The position numbers were made by a program, and so were the translations under genes. The notes under the pieces are model-generated. The model did not search any database. It worked only from the letters and a program-made list of their open reading frames with translations, and was not told the DNA's origin. Positions 49,897 to 61,961 of a stretch of DNA of 64,000 nucleotides are shown here, piece by piece; positions within the stretch are counted from its first letter, which is position 1; each line of letters starts with the position of its first letter. This stretch comes from Squalus acanthias. Taxonomy: Eukaryota. The DNA lies in NCBI GenBank assembly GCA_030390025.1, contig CM059433.1, forward strand, positions 3,038,001 through 3,102,000, written 5' to 3'.

Positions 49897-51118
49897 GGTG
49901 GGGTGAGGTGGGGTGGGGGTATGGGGGATTGGGGTGAGGTAGGATTGAGGTGGGTGGGGTGGTGGGGGGTGGGATGGGGGGTTGTGGGTGGCGTGGGGTG
50001 GGGAGGGAGGTGGGGTGGGGGGTGATGTGGGGTGGGGTGAGGTGGAGGGTTGGGGTAAGGTGGGGGGTGAGGTGGGGGGCTGATGTGGGGGGGGTGAGGT
50101 GGGGGGGGTGAGGTGGGGGGTGGGGTGAGGTGGGGGGTGAGGTGGAGGGTGAGGTGGGGGGGTGAGGTGAGGTGGGGGGGTGATGTGGGGGGGTGAGGTG
50201 GGGGGGTGAGGTGGGGGGGTGGGGTGAGGTGGGGGGGTGAGGTGAGGTGGGGGGGGTGATGTGGGGGGGTGAGGTGGGAGGGTGGGGGGGGGTGATGTGG
50301 GGGGGTGGGGTGAGGTGGGGGGGGTGAGGTGGGGGGTGGGGTGAGGTGGGGGGGTGAGGTGGGGGGGTGGGGTGAGGTGGGGGGGTGAGGTGGAGGGTGA
50401 GGTGGGGGGTGAGGTGGGGGGGTGAGGTGGGGGGGTGAGGTGGGGGGTGGGGTGGGGGGGTGAGGTGGGGGGTTGAGGTGGGGGGGTGGGGTGAGGTGGG
50501 GGGGTGAGGTGGAGGGTGAGGTGGAGGGTGAGGTGGGGGGTGAGGTGGGGGGGTGAGGTGGGGGGGTGGGGTGAGGTGGGGGGGTGAGGTGGGGGGGTGG
50601 GGTGGGGGGGTGAGGTGGGGGGTTGAGGTGGGGGGGGTGGGGTGAGGTGGGGGGGTGAGGTGGAGGGTGAGGTGGAGGGTGAGGTGGAGGGTGAGGTGGG
50701 GGGGTGAGGTGGGGTGGGGGGGTGAGGTGGGGGTGGGTGAGGTGGGGGGTGAGGTGGGGGGCTGAGGTGGGGTGGGAGGTGAGGTGGGGGGGTGGGGTGG
50801 GGGGGTGAGGTGAGGTGGAGGGGTTGGGGATGAGGTGGGGTGGGGGGGGTGAGGTGGGGGGGTGGGGTGAGGTGGGGGGGTTGGGGATGAGGTGGGGTGG
50901 GGGGGTGAGGTGGGGTGGGGGGGTTGGGGATGAGGTGGGGTGGGGGGGTGAGGTGGGGTGGGGGGGTTGGGGATGAGGTGGGGGGTGGGGTGAGGGGGTG
51001 AGGTGGGGGGTGGGGTGGGGTGGGGGGGTGAGGTGGGGGGGTGAGGTGGGGGGGTGAGGTGGGGGGTGAGGTGGGGGGGGGTGGGGTGGGGGGTGAGGTG
51101 GGGGGGTGGTGGCGGGAG
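49897..51118 (+). repeat. G-rich low-complexity tandem array (GGGGTGAGGTGGG variants)
   Basis: About 1.2 kb of almost C-free sequence with dense runs of 3-8 G. Confidence 0.95.
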
Positions 51119-51119
51119 G

Positions 51120-51556
51120 GAAGAGGAGGTTTTCCAGGATGTTACCAGGGATGAGAGACTTCAGTTATGGGGAGAGGTTGGAAAAGTTAGGACTGTTCTC
51201 CTTGGAACAGAGAAGGTTAAGTGGAGAAAAACTATTCCCTCTGGCGAGTGGGTCAATAACCAAAGGTCATAGATTTAAAATCATTGGCAAAATATCTAGA
51301 GGTGAGATGAGGAGAAATGTTTTCACTCAGAGTTGTGGGGATCGGGAACGCGCGACCTGGAAAGGTGGTGGAAGCTGATTCCACAAAACATTTTAAAGGG
51401 AGTTGGACGGTTCTGGAGGATGAGGAACTGACAGGGTTATGGACAAAAAGCGGGGATGAGGGACTGAGCACGACGGCTCTTTCAAAGAGCCGGCACAGGC
51501 ACGACGGGCCGAATGGCCTCCTTCTGTGCTGTAACTTTGTATGGCTCTAAGATTCT
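51120..51556 (+). mobile_element. CR1 3' fragment
   Basis: RRFSRMLPGMRDFSYGERLEKLGLFSLEQRRL; GGGCCGAATGGCCTCCTTCTGTGCTG hairpin. Confidence 0.9.
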
Positions 51557-53439
51557 ATGGTGGTCTGGCCATCATGGTGCGGGCAGGCTTGTTGGACCGG
51601 CTGGTCTTTTGCTGCCCGTCAGTTTTGGATAGTTGTATGTACCCGCTTTATGTTTTAGAACTGCTGCTCAGAAGCGATCATTTTGTGTAGAACGTCGCTT
51701 CGTATGATATTGTGAATGAGGCAGTGAATATCTGGGCACCCGTCCTGATTTATGATGGTGCTGGAGTGGAGCTTCTTGATATCGCTTCAGGATGAGTTTC
51801 ACAGAATGTCTGCTGCCAGCTTCGCTCCAAACACCAGCTCGAAATTAGAAACAAAGGTGGAAATGAGGCAACATAGAGATAACAAATCTCTCTTTGCAAT
51901 ACTGTGGACTATAAGCTGCAATCATTCAAATGTTATTTTTTTTGCAATTTCTAGCAATAAACTCCCGTTTTTCGAGGTGGTGAACTAGTAAAAAAAAATC
52001 TTTTTTCCCAAATTTGGAAAAATAAAGACATTTCCCATTGTTTCCTTACCAAAAAATGGATCTGGGGATGTGCGCACATTGTATCCATGTTGTCAGCGCA
52101 CCGTGAGTGCTGTGCATGCACATCCCTGGACCCGATCGTTAGCAAGAACTAAAATGAAGGCAGTGCAATTTGGACATTTTTTTTAAGAGGATCTTCTTTA
52201 AGCACTGCTGTGAGGACTATATTCTTTATAGGGCAGTTAAAGTCAGTCATTCATTGCTAGCTGAGTATGGAGCAAAGACAGCAGTGGGCTGACACATTGA
52301 TAGTCCCCTGAAGACTGAGGCCATTAGTCAAAGGCTGACTCGGGTCACACACCAAGGCGTTATTGTTTACTAAAAGCAAAAATGCTACAGTTTCCCTCTG
52401 CATAAACTCCAACAATTTTTATTATCCTGCCATCACTGGGGCAGGCAAGTGGCATAGGAGCCCTGAAATTGCTTCGATTTTCAGCAGGCCGGGAGGTGCA
52501 GTGGCAGCAGAGGGCTCACTACAAGGCCCACCAGCGCTCCTGGTTTGGGTTGGGGAGGGGTGTTGTATTCTCTACCTGTCCCCTCAGCAGCACGAGATTT
52601 AAATTGTATGGAAATAATGGGATGACGGCCTATCTCCCAATTCCCACCATTTCCATCCCCATTGCACTCAGTGGAGTAGACGTTCAACTAACCACCCGGG
52701 CGTAAAACTGGCGTTGTGGATCGGCCGCCCTCTATAGAAACTGACTGATTTTCATGTCCATTTGGTCTTAAGTGGAAATCCTAGAGGAGGAAGGTTTGTA
52801 CAATTTTCTCTCAATTTACTTGGGTCTTTGAGGTCTAATTTGTTCCATTGATCTTCTCCTTTTTTAATTGAACTGAGGTGATAACTAGTTAGGGTCAGAG
52901 TGCCCGACACTATCGACTGAAGTCAATGTTACCCGGACGTAATTCTGATCTCACCGATTTCTACTGTCCTTTCTAACAGTCTGCAACCGCAGGGTTAGAA
53001 TTCATTGTAAACATTTGAAATGAAATGTTTTTAAAAAAGGCACTAAACAGTGGGGAGACAGTTCTGGATGGGTGGTTGTTGAAATTGATGAGCTCACTGG
53101 AACGAAGTAGCAATAGTGGAAAACTGGAAAAAAAAATGGGGTTTTTAAATTGCTAAAAAAAAATGGACTTTAATAGCCCTTAATTACAGGGTAATTCTGT
53201 AGATTGACTACCCCTTTGATAAACAAAGCAATTTAATGCACATAAGCAGCCAACGGCCATCTCCTCAAGACTGGCACCATTTGGCCAATAGCACAAATTC
53301 CAAGGAGACCATGATGTTGAATTAAAAGCTCACCCCCTCAAGACATCTTTTTAGGTCCTGAGCATATCTTTCAAACTACGAAGGGTGGAATCCTAACTAA
53401 GCCCAAGATCCTTGTAAAATATTACTAACAAATTGAAAA

Positions 53440-55308
53440 CAAAAACATACAATGTTGCAAAGAATAGTGAAAGGCCAGAGGATTGGGAAATTTTTAAAAA
53501 CTAGCAAAGGACGACTAAATAAATGATAAAGAGAGAGAAGATAGCTTATGAGAGTAAGCTAGCAAGAAATCTAAAAACAGAGAGTAAGAGTTTCTACAGG
53601 TATATAAAAAGGAAGAGAGTAGCTAAAGTAAACATTGGTCCCCTAGAGGATGAGTCTGGGGAATTAATAATGGGAAACAGGGAAATGGCGGAGACTTTGA
53701 ACAAATATTTTGTATCGGTCTTCACGGTAGAAGACACTAAAAGCATCCCAATAATGGATAATCAAGGGCCTATTGGGGTGGCGGCGGGGGGGGGGGGGTG
53801 GTGTACTTAAAACAATCACTATCACTAGAGAGAAAGTACTGAGCAAACTAATGGGATGAAAGGTGGAAAAGTCCCCATGACCTGATAGCCTGCATCCTAG
53901 AGTCTTAAAAGAGCTGGCTGCAGAGATAGTGGATGCATTGGTTGTAATCTACCAAAATTCCCTGGACTCTGGAGAGGTCCCAGCGGACTGGAAAACTGCA
54001 AATGTAACGCCCCTATTTAAGAAAGGAGGGAGACAGAAAGCAGGCAACTATCGACCAGTTAGCCTAACATCTGTCATTGGGAAAATGCTGGAGTCCATCA
54101 TTAAGGAAGTGATAGCAGGACATTTAGAAAATCATAATACAGTCAAGCAGAGTCAGCATGGTTTTATGAAAGGGAAATCATGTTTGACAAATTTGCTGGC
54201 GTTCTTTGAGGATGTAACGAGCAGGGTTGATAAAGGGGAACCAGTAGATGTTGTGTATTGGATTTCCAGAAGGCACTCGTGGGGTGCCACAGGGATCGGT
54301 GCTGGGGCCTCAACTATTTACATTCTATATTAATGACTTGGATGAAGGGACTGAGTGTAATGTTGCCAAATTTGCTGATGATACAAAGATAGGTGGGAAA
54401 GCAAATTGTGTGGAGGACGCAAAGAATCTCCAAAGGGATATAGATAGGCTAAGTGAATGGGCAAAAATCTGGCAGATGGAGTTTAATGTGGGAAAATGCG
54501 AGGTTATCCACTTTGGTAGGATAAATAAAAAAGCAAATTATTATTTAAATGGGGAGAGATTACAAAATGCTGAGGTACAGAGGGATCTGGGGGTCCTTGT
54601 ACATGAATTAAAAAAGTTAGCATGCAGGTACAGCAAGTAATTAGGAAGGCAAATGGAATGTTGGCCTTTATTTCAAAGGGAATGGAGTATAAAAGTAGGG
54701 AAGTCCTGTTACAACTCTACAGGGCATTGGTGAGACCGCACCTGGAGTTCTGCGTACAGTTTTGGTCTCCTTATTTAAGGAAGGATATACTTGCATTGGA
54801 GGCAGTTCAGAGAAGGTTCACTAGGTTGATTCCGGAGATGAAGGGGTTGTCTTATGAAGAAAGGTTGAGCAGGTTGGGCCTATACTCATTGGAGTTTAGA
54901 AGAATGAGCGGGGATCTTATTGAAACATCTAAGATTCTGAAGGGGCTTGACAGGGTGGATGCAGAGAGGATGTTTCCCCTCGTGGGGGAATCTAGAACTT
55001 GGCGGCATAATTTCAGAATAATAGGGCACCCTGTTAAATCGGAAATGAGGAGGAATTTCTTCTCTGAGGGTCATGAATCTTTGGAATTCTCTTCCCCAGA
55101 GAGCTGTGGAGGCTGGGTCATTGAATATATTTAAGGTGGAGATAGACAGATTTTTGAACAATAAGGAAGTCAAGGGTTATGGGGAGCGGGCGGGGAAGTG
55201 GAGTTGAGGCCAAGATCAGATCAGCCACGATCTTATTGAATAGCGGAGCAGGTTCGAGGGGCCAAATGACCTACTCCTGCTCCGACGTCTTATGTCTTAT
55301 GTTCTTAT
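53440..55308 (+). mobile_element. CR1 LINE, ~1.9-kb 3' fragment with an internal deletion
   Basis: ORFs 53523-53810, 53929-54333 (GNYRPVSLTS, QHGFMKGKSCLTNL), 54248-54640 (FADDTK) and 54622-55134. Confidence 0.96.
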
Positions 55309-56310
55309 GATAATCCACTTGCTATTTCTGAGTGGAGAAGTGAACTTTCCAGAATTAGTTATTAAATGTAGCACAGTTGATTGCTTTTCACTTAACTCGT
55401 CAATATGATGTCAGCCTCATTAAACATTAAACTCATCTATTTACACTGGTGTGAAATGGTCCCATCAGTTATTGCATTGTTTCCCCTTTTCGGAACATCT
55501 TAGGCTTTCTCCTCCAAATATGATTAGAATTCGATGGTGTGGTGATGTAGCTGATCATTTTTTACAGCTCTGAAGCTTAGAATTAAATGCAGGCCAGAGA
55601 ATTATAATGAAATATACCAGTCAGGGATGCCTGGTAAACATAATCACAAGCTGAGAAACCTAGCTCACAATGCCGAGGACAGCCAAGTATGCAGTGTTAG
55701 TTAGGGGTCTCGCTGAAGTAAGAGAATCTACACTTCAAGTATGATTGGCTTCATTTATAATAAAATATCCATCAGCAGATGAACAGTACACGATTACAGA
55801 TGACACACAAGTTTTGAATGCTTTACACCAAGCAATAAAAGAAAATCTCAGTTCACGTTTAAACTTAATGTTTCGGGATCATTTGACAAATGTTGTCTTT
55901 CAGTTGTATAGTGACACGGAGTACAACTTTAGCACCAGAAGAGATCTGCACCACAGGTTCTGAAGCTCCTTGTATTAATGCTATGGGTCAGTGGAGTCTA
56001 TAGGCAAGAAATTACAGTTGGTGTAAAGGATTAAGAAGGTGGCAACTGAGAGGAAAGCTGCAGCAAACTTAGGAGTTCAGCTTGGTGTGCAGTTCATAAT
56101 CATTGACTGCTGCACTCTGTATTGCTGGTCACGGGAGATGGATGCTGTACATCAAAGCACCCATTGTGGGCAAAACTCCAATTGAGGATCATTTCTGATT
56201 AGGGAGAGAAATTAGGCCTCAGGAGTAAACCAGCAAAAAGTATATTCCCCAAGGTAACCCACAGTTTACCCATTCATATGGCACCAAAAAGAATTTCTCG
56301 GCTGAGGAAC

Positions 56311-56775
56311 AGCTCGAGGAACAGCACCTCATCTTTCGTTTAGGCACACTACAGCCCTCTGGACTCAATATCGAGTTCAACAATTTTAGATCATAACCTC
56401 AGCTCCAATCACATTTATATTTTATTTTTTCCACCCTTTTATTTGTCCCCCCCCACCTTTTTTTTTCCTCCTAGAAGCTGGCAGCTGTCCTTCATTCTGC
56501 CAGTGGATTTCACACTTCATTCAGCCTTAATCTGTCACATTAACACCACCTCTAGCCTTGCATATCTCTTAATGTCTCTTAATGTCTCTTCATCTCCCCC
56601 TTTGTTCTTTTATCCCCTCCCCCTTTTCCCAGCTTTACTCTGGCCTTAAATCTATTTGATTTCCGGCTCTTCACAGTTCTGACGAAAGGTCATCGACCTG
56701 AAACGTTAACTCTCTTTCTCTCTCCACGGATGCTGCCTGGCCTGCTGAGTTTTTCCAGCGTTTTCTGTTGTTATT
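56311..56775 (+). mobile_element. Penelope-like retroelement 3' end (second family)
   Basis: 56313-56396 LEEQHLIFRLGTLQPSGLNIEFNNFRS*; pyrimidine-rich 3' region; GATGCTGCCTGGCCTGCTGAG..TTCCAGC terminus. Confidence 0.9.
56675..56711 (+). ncRNA. Minimal type I hammerhead ribozyme motif
   Basis: AGTT-CTGACGA-A-AGGTC-atc-GACCT-GAAA-CGTT-AACT: core, 5-bp stem II, palindromic AACGTT stem III, 4-bp stem I. Confidence 0.8.
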
Positions 56776-57249
56776 TAGAATTTCTCAGCTTACAACCTTT
56801 AAACAAAGCATTGCAATATACGCAGTGAGTTTGGTACTATCGGGTGAAATTGGTCTCTGACGATAGAGAAATTTGCACCAACAAATAAAATGATATATTG
56901 AATCATGGTGCTTGGAATTTTGCCTTGAATCAGTGCATTGGAAACAGTAGAAATATATAGTGATTGCCTCTTACAGGGGGAAAAAGTTCCTTTGTGTATC
57001 TGCTGAGGTAACGTCATAGATCATTCAGTACAAACGCAGTTAGGATTTTACTACACCTAGCACACAAGATTTTTTGCCCTATCGCTATTGTAGAAAATCT
57101 ATGACTTGTAAGGGCAAAGGCATGGAATCAGGATTAAATGTTATTTAAAACTTTTGTTTAAGATCTGACAAAACTTGCGGGACTTGTACTGAAAGAAATT
57201 GGAAGGCCTTCAGACCTGGTACGAAATGAAAATGCATTCTCGGGGCAGT

Positions 57250-57402
57250 GAGTTAAACTTTCATCTTTACTGCGTGGGCAGTAATCTGGCTGATGGATCA
57301 CCCGCCTGTTATAGAACCCATCAGACTTTCAATGGAATGAAAACTGGGAGACGGGCGGTCATTCAGATTACTATAAGTGTGGTGAAGACAAAAATTTACC
57401 CC
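57250..57402. mobile_element. Short fold-back MITE (related fragments at ~21923-21980, 43700-43838, 48072-48183, 52672-52780)
   Basis: Shared GTAATCTGG..GATCACCCG..TATAGAA motif and an AAAATTTACCC terminus. Confidence 0.55.
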
Positions 57403-57437
57403 AATGTCTTTAAATGTGCAATAAAAAGACATATATA

Positions 57438-58189
57438 TGGCCTGGAAATTGGGTCGTGTGGTGCCCATTTACAGGCACAACACAGCCTTCTCGATCCATT
57501 AACATTAAATGGTGAGCAAGAAGCGTGCGCACATGTCCGACCGGAAGTATGGCGCCCACCATATTGAGTAAGGAAAAACAAGAGGCACCTTTACCCACAC
57601 CTAAAGCAGTCGTCAGGCCCTATACATATGCAAATAAGAGGCCACTGCCTGCTTGAGGTCCCCACTGCAAGATCGGTTTGACCTAAGGCAGCCAGCGCCA
57701 CCATGGGCTGCACTGAGGGAAACCAACCCTACCGAATGTTGCAACAAAAATCTCAGCTGAATGTGGAGCCGAGAGGAACAGGAATACTCCTGCCGATCCC
57801 ACATTAAACCCCCTTCCCGATCACTTCCACCCCCAAACCCCCCCCTCACTCCAGCCCTGAAATCCTTGACCTCCAGGCTCCCCAGCCCTGACCCCCAATC
57901 TCCCGGGCCCCCCCAGACCCGGCCCCCATGCTCCCCGACCCCCGATCTCCCTCCACCCTGGCGCCGAGATCCCCGACCGCAGCTCTGATCCCGTGGGCTG
58001 CCTCCAGCTGATGCTACCTCCCACCCCGGCGATGGATGCCGCCCCCACCCCCACCACTCCGAGACCCGCGATCACCCCCGGGGCCATCAGCAGCTGCCCC
58101 ATCTTCCACCACATTTCACTTGGTCTCCCCCCCCCCCCCATGGCGCCATTCGTACGGGAATGAGGTCCAAGGTCCAATATTTCAGGCTC
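57438..58189. mobile_element. Harbinger-type MITE with a C-rich internal tract
   Basis: GGCCTGGAAATTGG / CCAATATTTCAGGCTC termini; GGAGTATTCCTGTTCCTC (rc) motif shared with the 42601 and 59506 elements. Confidence 0.6.
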
Positions 58190-59505
58190 CCTGGACTCTA
58201 TCATTCCTGCGCAGGGTAAGTATTCCACGAATTTCCAAGCCATACGTCCTGAATTTTCTCAGCGCTGCTCTCTCTCTGGCAGCGTAACTTTGCCGGAAGT
58301 GTGGCGGACACTCAGTTTACGGCAGAGTTATGGTGGCGGAGCAGGAGCAGCTTCGAGGAGATTCTAGTCAAGGTTACCATTTTTTTATCCAAAACATTAT
58401 TACAAGTATTCCTGCTGCTCTTTTAAACAATAACTCTGCCTCTAGTTTTTGATGTTCTTTTTGTCAACAGGAGAATTGTACTCAAAAGGTTATTTAGTTT
58501 CTGTGCTCTTTTCCATGAGTGTTCGGTGTACAGACAAAAGCAATATGTGTTATTCTCACAGTTCAATTGAGCTGGAATGTCGCTTTAATAAGAAAAAAGG
58601 CAGTGGGTACTTTTTAGGAGGGGAGATTGATCAGATGTGTGTTGAATATGGCATGTCATATTGATGAAAAGTGGTACAAATGAGATCCTGTATCACCGGG
58701 ATCATGCTTTAGAAATGAGTGCAAGCGTGAGGTTGTCATGGAAATAACAAGGAGCTGCAGTTGTCCCAACATTTTTCATTTAAATATCTTTGTAAACAAT
58801 TAAACTTTGCTTCCACTATAACATGATTTTGCTGCAAGAATTATCCGTATACCCTGAGGGCTTTGAAATGAATCGGGCACACTCCCTCGTTATTGTACAG
58901 CCCGCCACTCTTGAGCAGTGAGGCTTCAGCCCGAGTGACACTAATATCCACTTCATCTGTTGGCCATTTCAAAAACTTGCACACGAAGGTGGTTTCAGCT
59001 AATCCTGCTGATCGACCGTTGCTACAACTGCCCATTCATTAAATAAGTGGGATAATCTTTATATTACCTCTTTTTAGAATTCATCCCAAGTCTCAAAACA
59101 TCCGCCAGCAATGGGTACAGCTCACAAGTAGGCTGATGACACTGTTGTGGTTTAGGTACCAGTTTTGACAGGAATTACAGGAAAGAAGATGCATTTATCC
59201 GAGGTTCGAGTTATGAGATATTTCATGTTGTAACAAAGAAAAGTAAGAAAATTGTGCATCTATACAGAAAAAGTTAGTTAAAATATCAATCTCTCTCAAA
59301 CCCATCTTGGCCATATCGACCAATCTATTTATATAACATATTAAAATGGTACATCAGTGTACAAACAGAAACTGCTTAAAATGTTTTTTTTTTCAAAAAC
59401 ATTTTGTCTACCAAACTCAAACTCAAATATCCGAGCCTCAAAATAAGGTTTGTAACATAATGAAAATTAAAAATTACATATTTTACACAACAACTTGCAG
59501 TCATA

Positions 59506-60739
59506 GACCGGGATTTTCCCATTTCCCACCTGCCTGGAGCAGGGGGACCCGGCAGAGCTCGGGAATTTCCCGGCACGCTGTGGAGCGTGTGTGTGATGTA
59601 ATGAGCGGGTTCCCCGCCCGGACGTCAGTCTGATTGACAGGTTGGCTTCCAGTCGGGCGGGGAATGCTGGCCGACCATGGTGCCTCAGCAATAGGCAAGG
59701 GTGACGGGAGGGGGGGTGGGTTCCAAGCCTGGGGGGGTGTCCAATCCCCGACCCTAGTGGGGTGGTGGGGGGGCGATCCCAGGGGTGTAGGGTCCGGGGC
59801 TGAGTTGTGATCCTGAGGGGAGGGGGTATCCCAGGGGGGGGTCCGATCCCTGACCCGGGGGTGGTGGTGGGGGGGCGATCCCAGGGGCGTAGGGTCCGGG
59901 GCTGAGTTGTGATCCTGAGGGGAGGGGGTCCGATCCCTGACCCCGGGGTGGGGTGGTGGGGGCGCGATCCCAGGGGTGTAGGGTCCGGGGCTGAGTTGTG
60001 ATCCTGAGGGGAGAGGGCCCGATCCCTGTCCCGGGGGTGGGGCGCGATCCCAGTGGTGGGGGGTCCGGGGCTGAGTTGTGATCCTGAGGGGAGGGGGTAT
60101 CCCGGGGGGGGTCCGATCCCTGACCCCGGGGTGGGCTCGATCCCAGGGGTGGGGGGTCCGGGGCTGAGTTGTGATCCTGAGGGGAGGGGGTATCCCAGGG
60201 GGGGGTCCGATCCCTGACCCCGGGGTAGGGTGGTGGCGGGGCAATCCCAGGGGTGGGGGGGTTCGGGGCTGAGTTGCAATCCTGAGGGGAGGGGGTCCGA
60301 TCCCTGACCCCGGGGTGGGGAGGTGGGCGCGATCCCAGGGGTGGGGGGTCCGGGGCTGAGTTGTGATCCTGAGCGGAGGAGGTATCCCAGGGGGGGGTCC
60401 GATCCCCGACCCTGGGGAGGGGCGGGCTGCTGGTGGGTGAGCTTGGGGGGCCGGAGGAAGCACTCCTGCCCCGCTCGGCCCACAAGGGTTGCTCCCCGAG
60501 GATGTACTCACCTCGCTGCAGCTACCGGGAAAGCCGAGCCCCGGGGCCCCCTGCTGCCAGCAGTTAAACCAGTGGCTTCAGGTCTCATTATAATATTTAA
60601 AATGCCAACCTACCTCCTGGCAGTGGGTTGGCTGCCCGCCCCATCCCTACTGAATAAAAGGCGGGTTTGAGATTATTACAACTTTCACTTCCCCTTGCCG
60701 CCTCCAACCCACCCACTTTTTCATGTGAAAATTCCCCCC
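59506..60739. mobile_element. Harbinger-type MITE with an internal GC-rich minisatellite (~59730-60420), inserted in an L2 tail
   Basis: TIR GACCGGGATTTTC / GAAAATTCCCCCC; ATA/ACA TSD; about 7 variable units containing GGTCCGGGGCTGAGTTGTGATCCTGAGGGGAGGGGG. Confidence 0.8.
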
Positions 60740-61128
60740 ACACAGCGCCTTTAACGTAGTAAAACGTCCCAAGGCGCTTCACAGCAGCATTATCGAACAA
60801 AATTTGACACCGAGCCACATAAGGATAAATTAGGGCAGGTGACCAAAAGCTTGGTCAAAGAGGTCGGTTTTAAGGAGCGTCTTAAAGGAGGAAAGAGAGG
60901 TAGCGAAGCGGAGAGGTTTAGGGAGGGAATTCCAGAGCTTCGGGCCCAGGCAGCAGAAGGCATGACCGCCAAAGGTTGAGCGATTATAATCAGGGATGCT
61001 CAAGAGGGCAGAATTAGAGGAGCGCAGATATCTCAGGGGGGTTGTGGGGCTGAAGGAGATTACAGAGATAGGGAGGGCGAGGCCATGGAGGGATTTGAAA
61101 ACAAGGATGGGAATTTTAAAATCAAGGC
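60740..61128 (-). mobile_element. L2 3' fragment (tail continues at 59486-59505)
   Basis: LDFKIPILVFKSLHGLA..GGHAF..PKLWNSLP; near-identical to 32150-32530. Confidence 0.93.
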
Positions 61129-61289
61129 AATGATTATAATTACTATAAAATTGTCTTTTTTTTTTGTCTTTGACTATCTTCATAATCTTTTTACTCAGAG
61201 CCTCTCTCAAAAATCCTGGGCTTGGAGTTAATGTTATTTCCAAAGCTATCACTCTTTCAGGTTTATGGAGTTAACGATCTCCACCTGTG

Positions 61290-61337
61290 CCTGCAACTCC
61301 CAGAATGCAGCAGTCAGGGCAATATCCCAGCATGCAT
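61290..61337 (+). promoter_or_regulatory. Two tandem ZNF143/Staf (SPH)-like motifs
   Basis: CCTGCAACTCCCAGAATGCA (61290-61309; 18/20 to ACTACAACTCCCAGAATGCA) and ATCCCAGCATGCA (~61324-61336). Motif match only. Confidence 0.45.
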
Positions 61338-61961
61338 CAATGTGAGTCCATGTGATTATTCTAAGCATGTCTTTCCTCAGGCTCTGTCAGTATTTACGTG
61401 TTGGCTTTTTTTTTTCTCTCCAAAATGATTTCAAAAAAACAAGCTAACCTATGAATTTGAGGGTAACTTTTTGAGGTTAGGTTTCGTAGGAAAATGATCT
61501 TCTATTGTTTGTTGACCAGCTGTTGAGAGAGAGAGATAGTGAAACAGAGATGGAGTGATGATTAGTGCACTGATATTTTAGTTATACCAAATTCATAAAT
61601 ACTCATCCTTATAGAAAGATTTTTTTTATTTTGCTGGGTGCCAGAACTTGAAGTGTGTGATTTTCTTTATAGTATATAACAGTATCAATGAGGTTGTTTT
61701 CTTTTCCAAATGATTTCAAAGCAAGATGGTGGGGAGGGGGTAACATTAAAAAAAACTCAGGTAAAGTTTCATTGGCAATCTATAACCAAGTGCTTCTTTT
61801 TTTATTTCAGAGAGATAGCAAAACAAAGAAGGCAAATATAGCACCTGTATTTTATTTTGTTTATGCTGAAAATTCAAAATCAATGATTGTTATTTAATTA
61901 CCTCAGTGTGAAACTTGGAGTGTGTGTTTTATTCAGCAATACTACTATTTATGGATTTTCC

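Noticed and set aside
55745..55963. 72-aa protein-like ORF
   Set aside because: Non-ATG start, no domain recognised, and length within chance expectation.
58841..59035. 64-aa minus-strand ORF in unique sequence
   Set aside because: No homology recognised and no convincing splice context.
59467..60511. Pro/Gly-rich 243-338-aa ORFs (collagen-like)
   Set aside because: All three minus frames are open over a GC-rich minisatellite inside a MITE; no Gly-X-Y periodicity.
61261..61341. 81-nt candidate exon (TTTCAG|G..AAT|GTGAGT)
   Set aside because: Splice signals are good, but neither open frame (VYGVNDLHLCLQLPEC.., FMELTISTCACNSQ..) is recognisable and no partner exons were found; needs RNA-seq.
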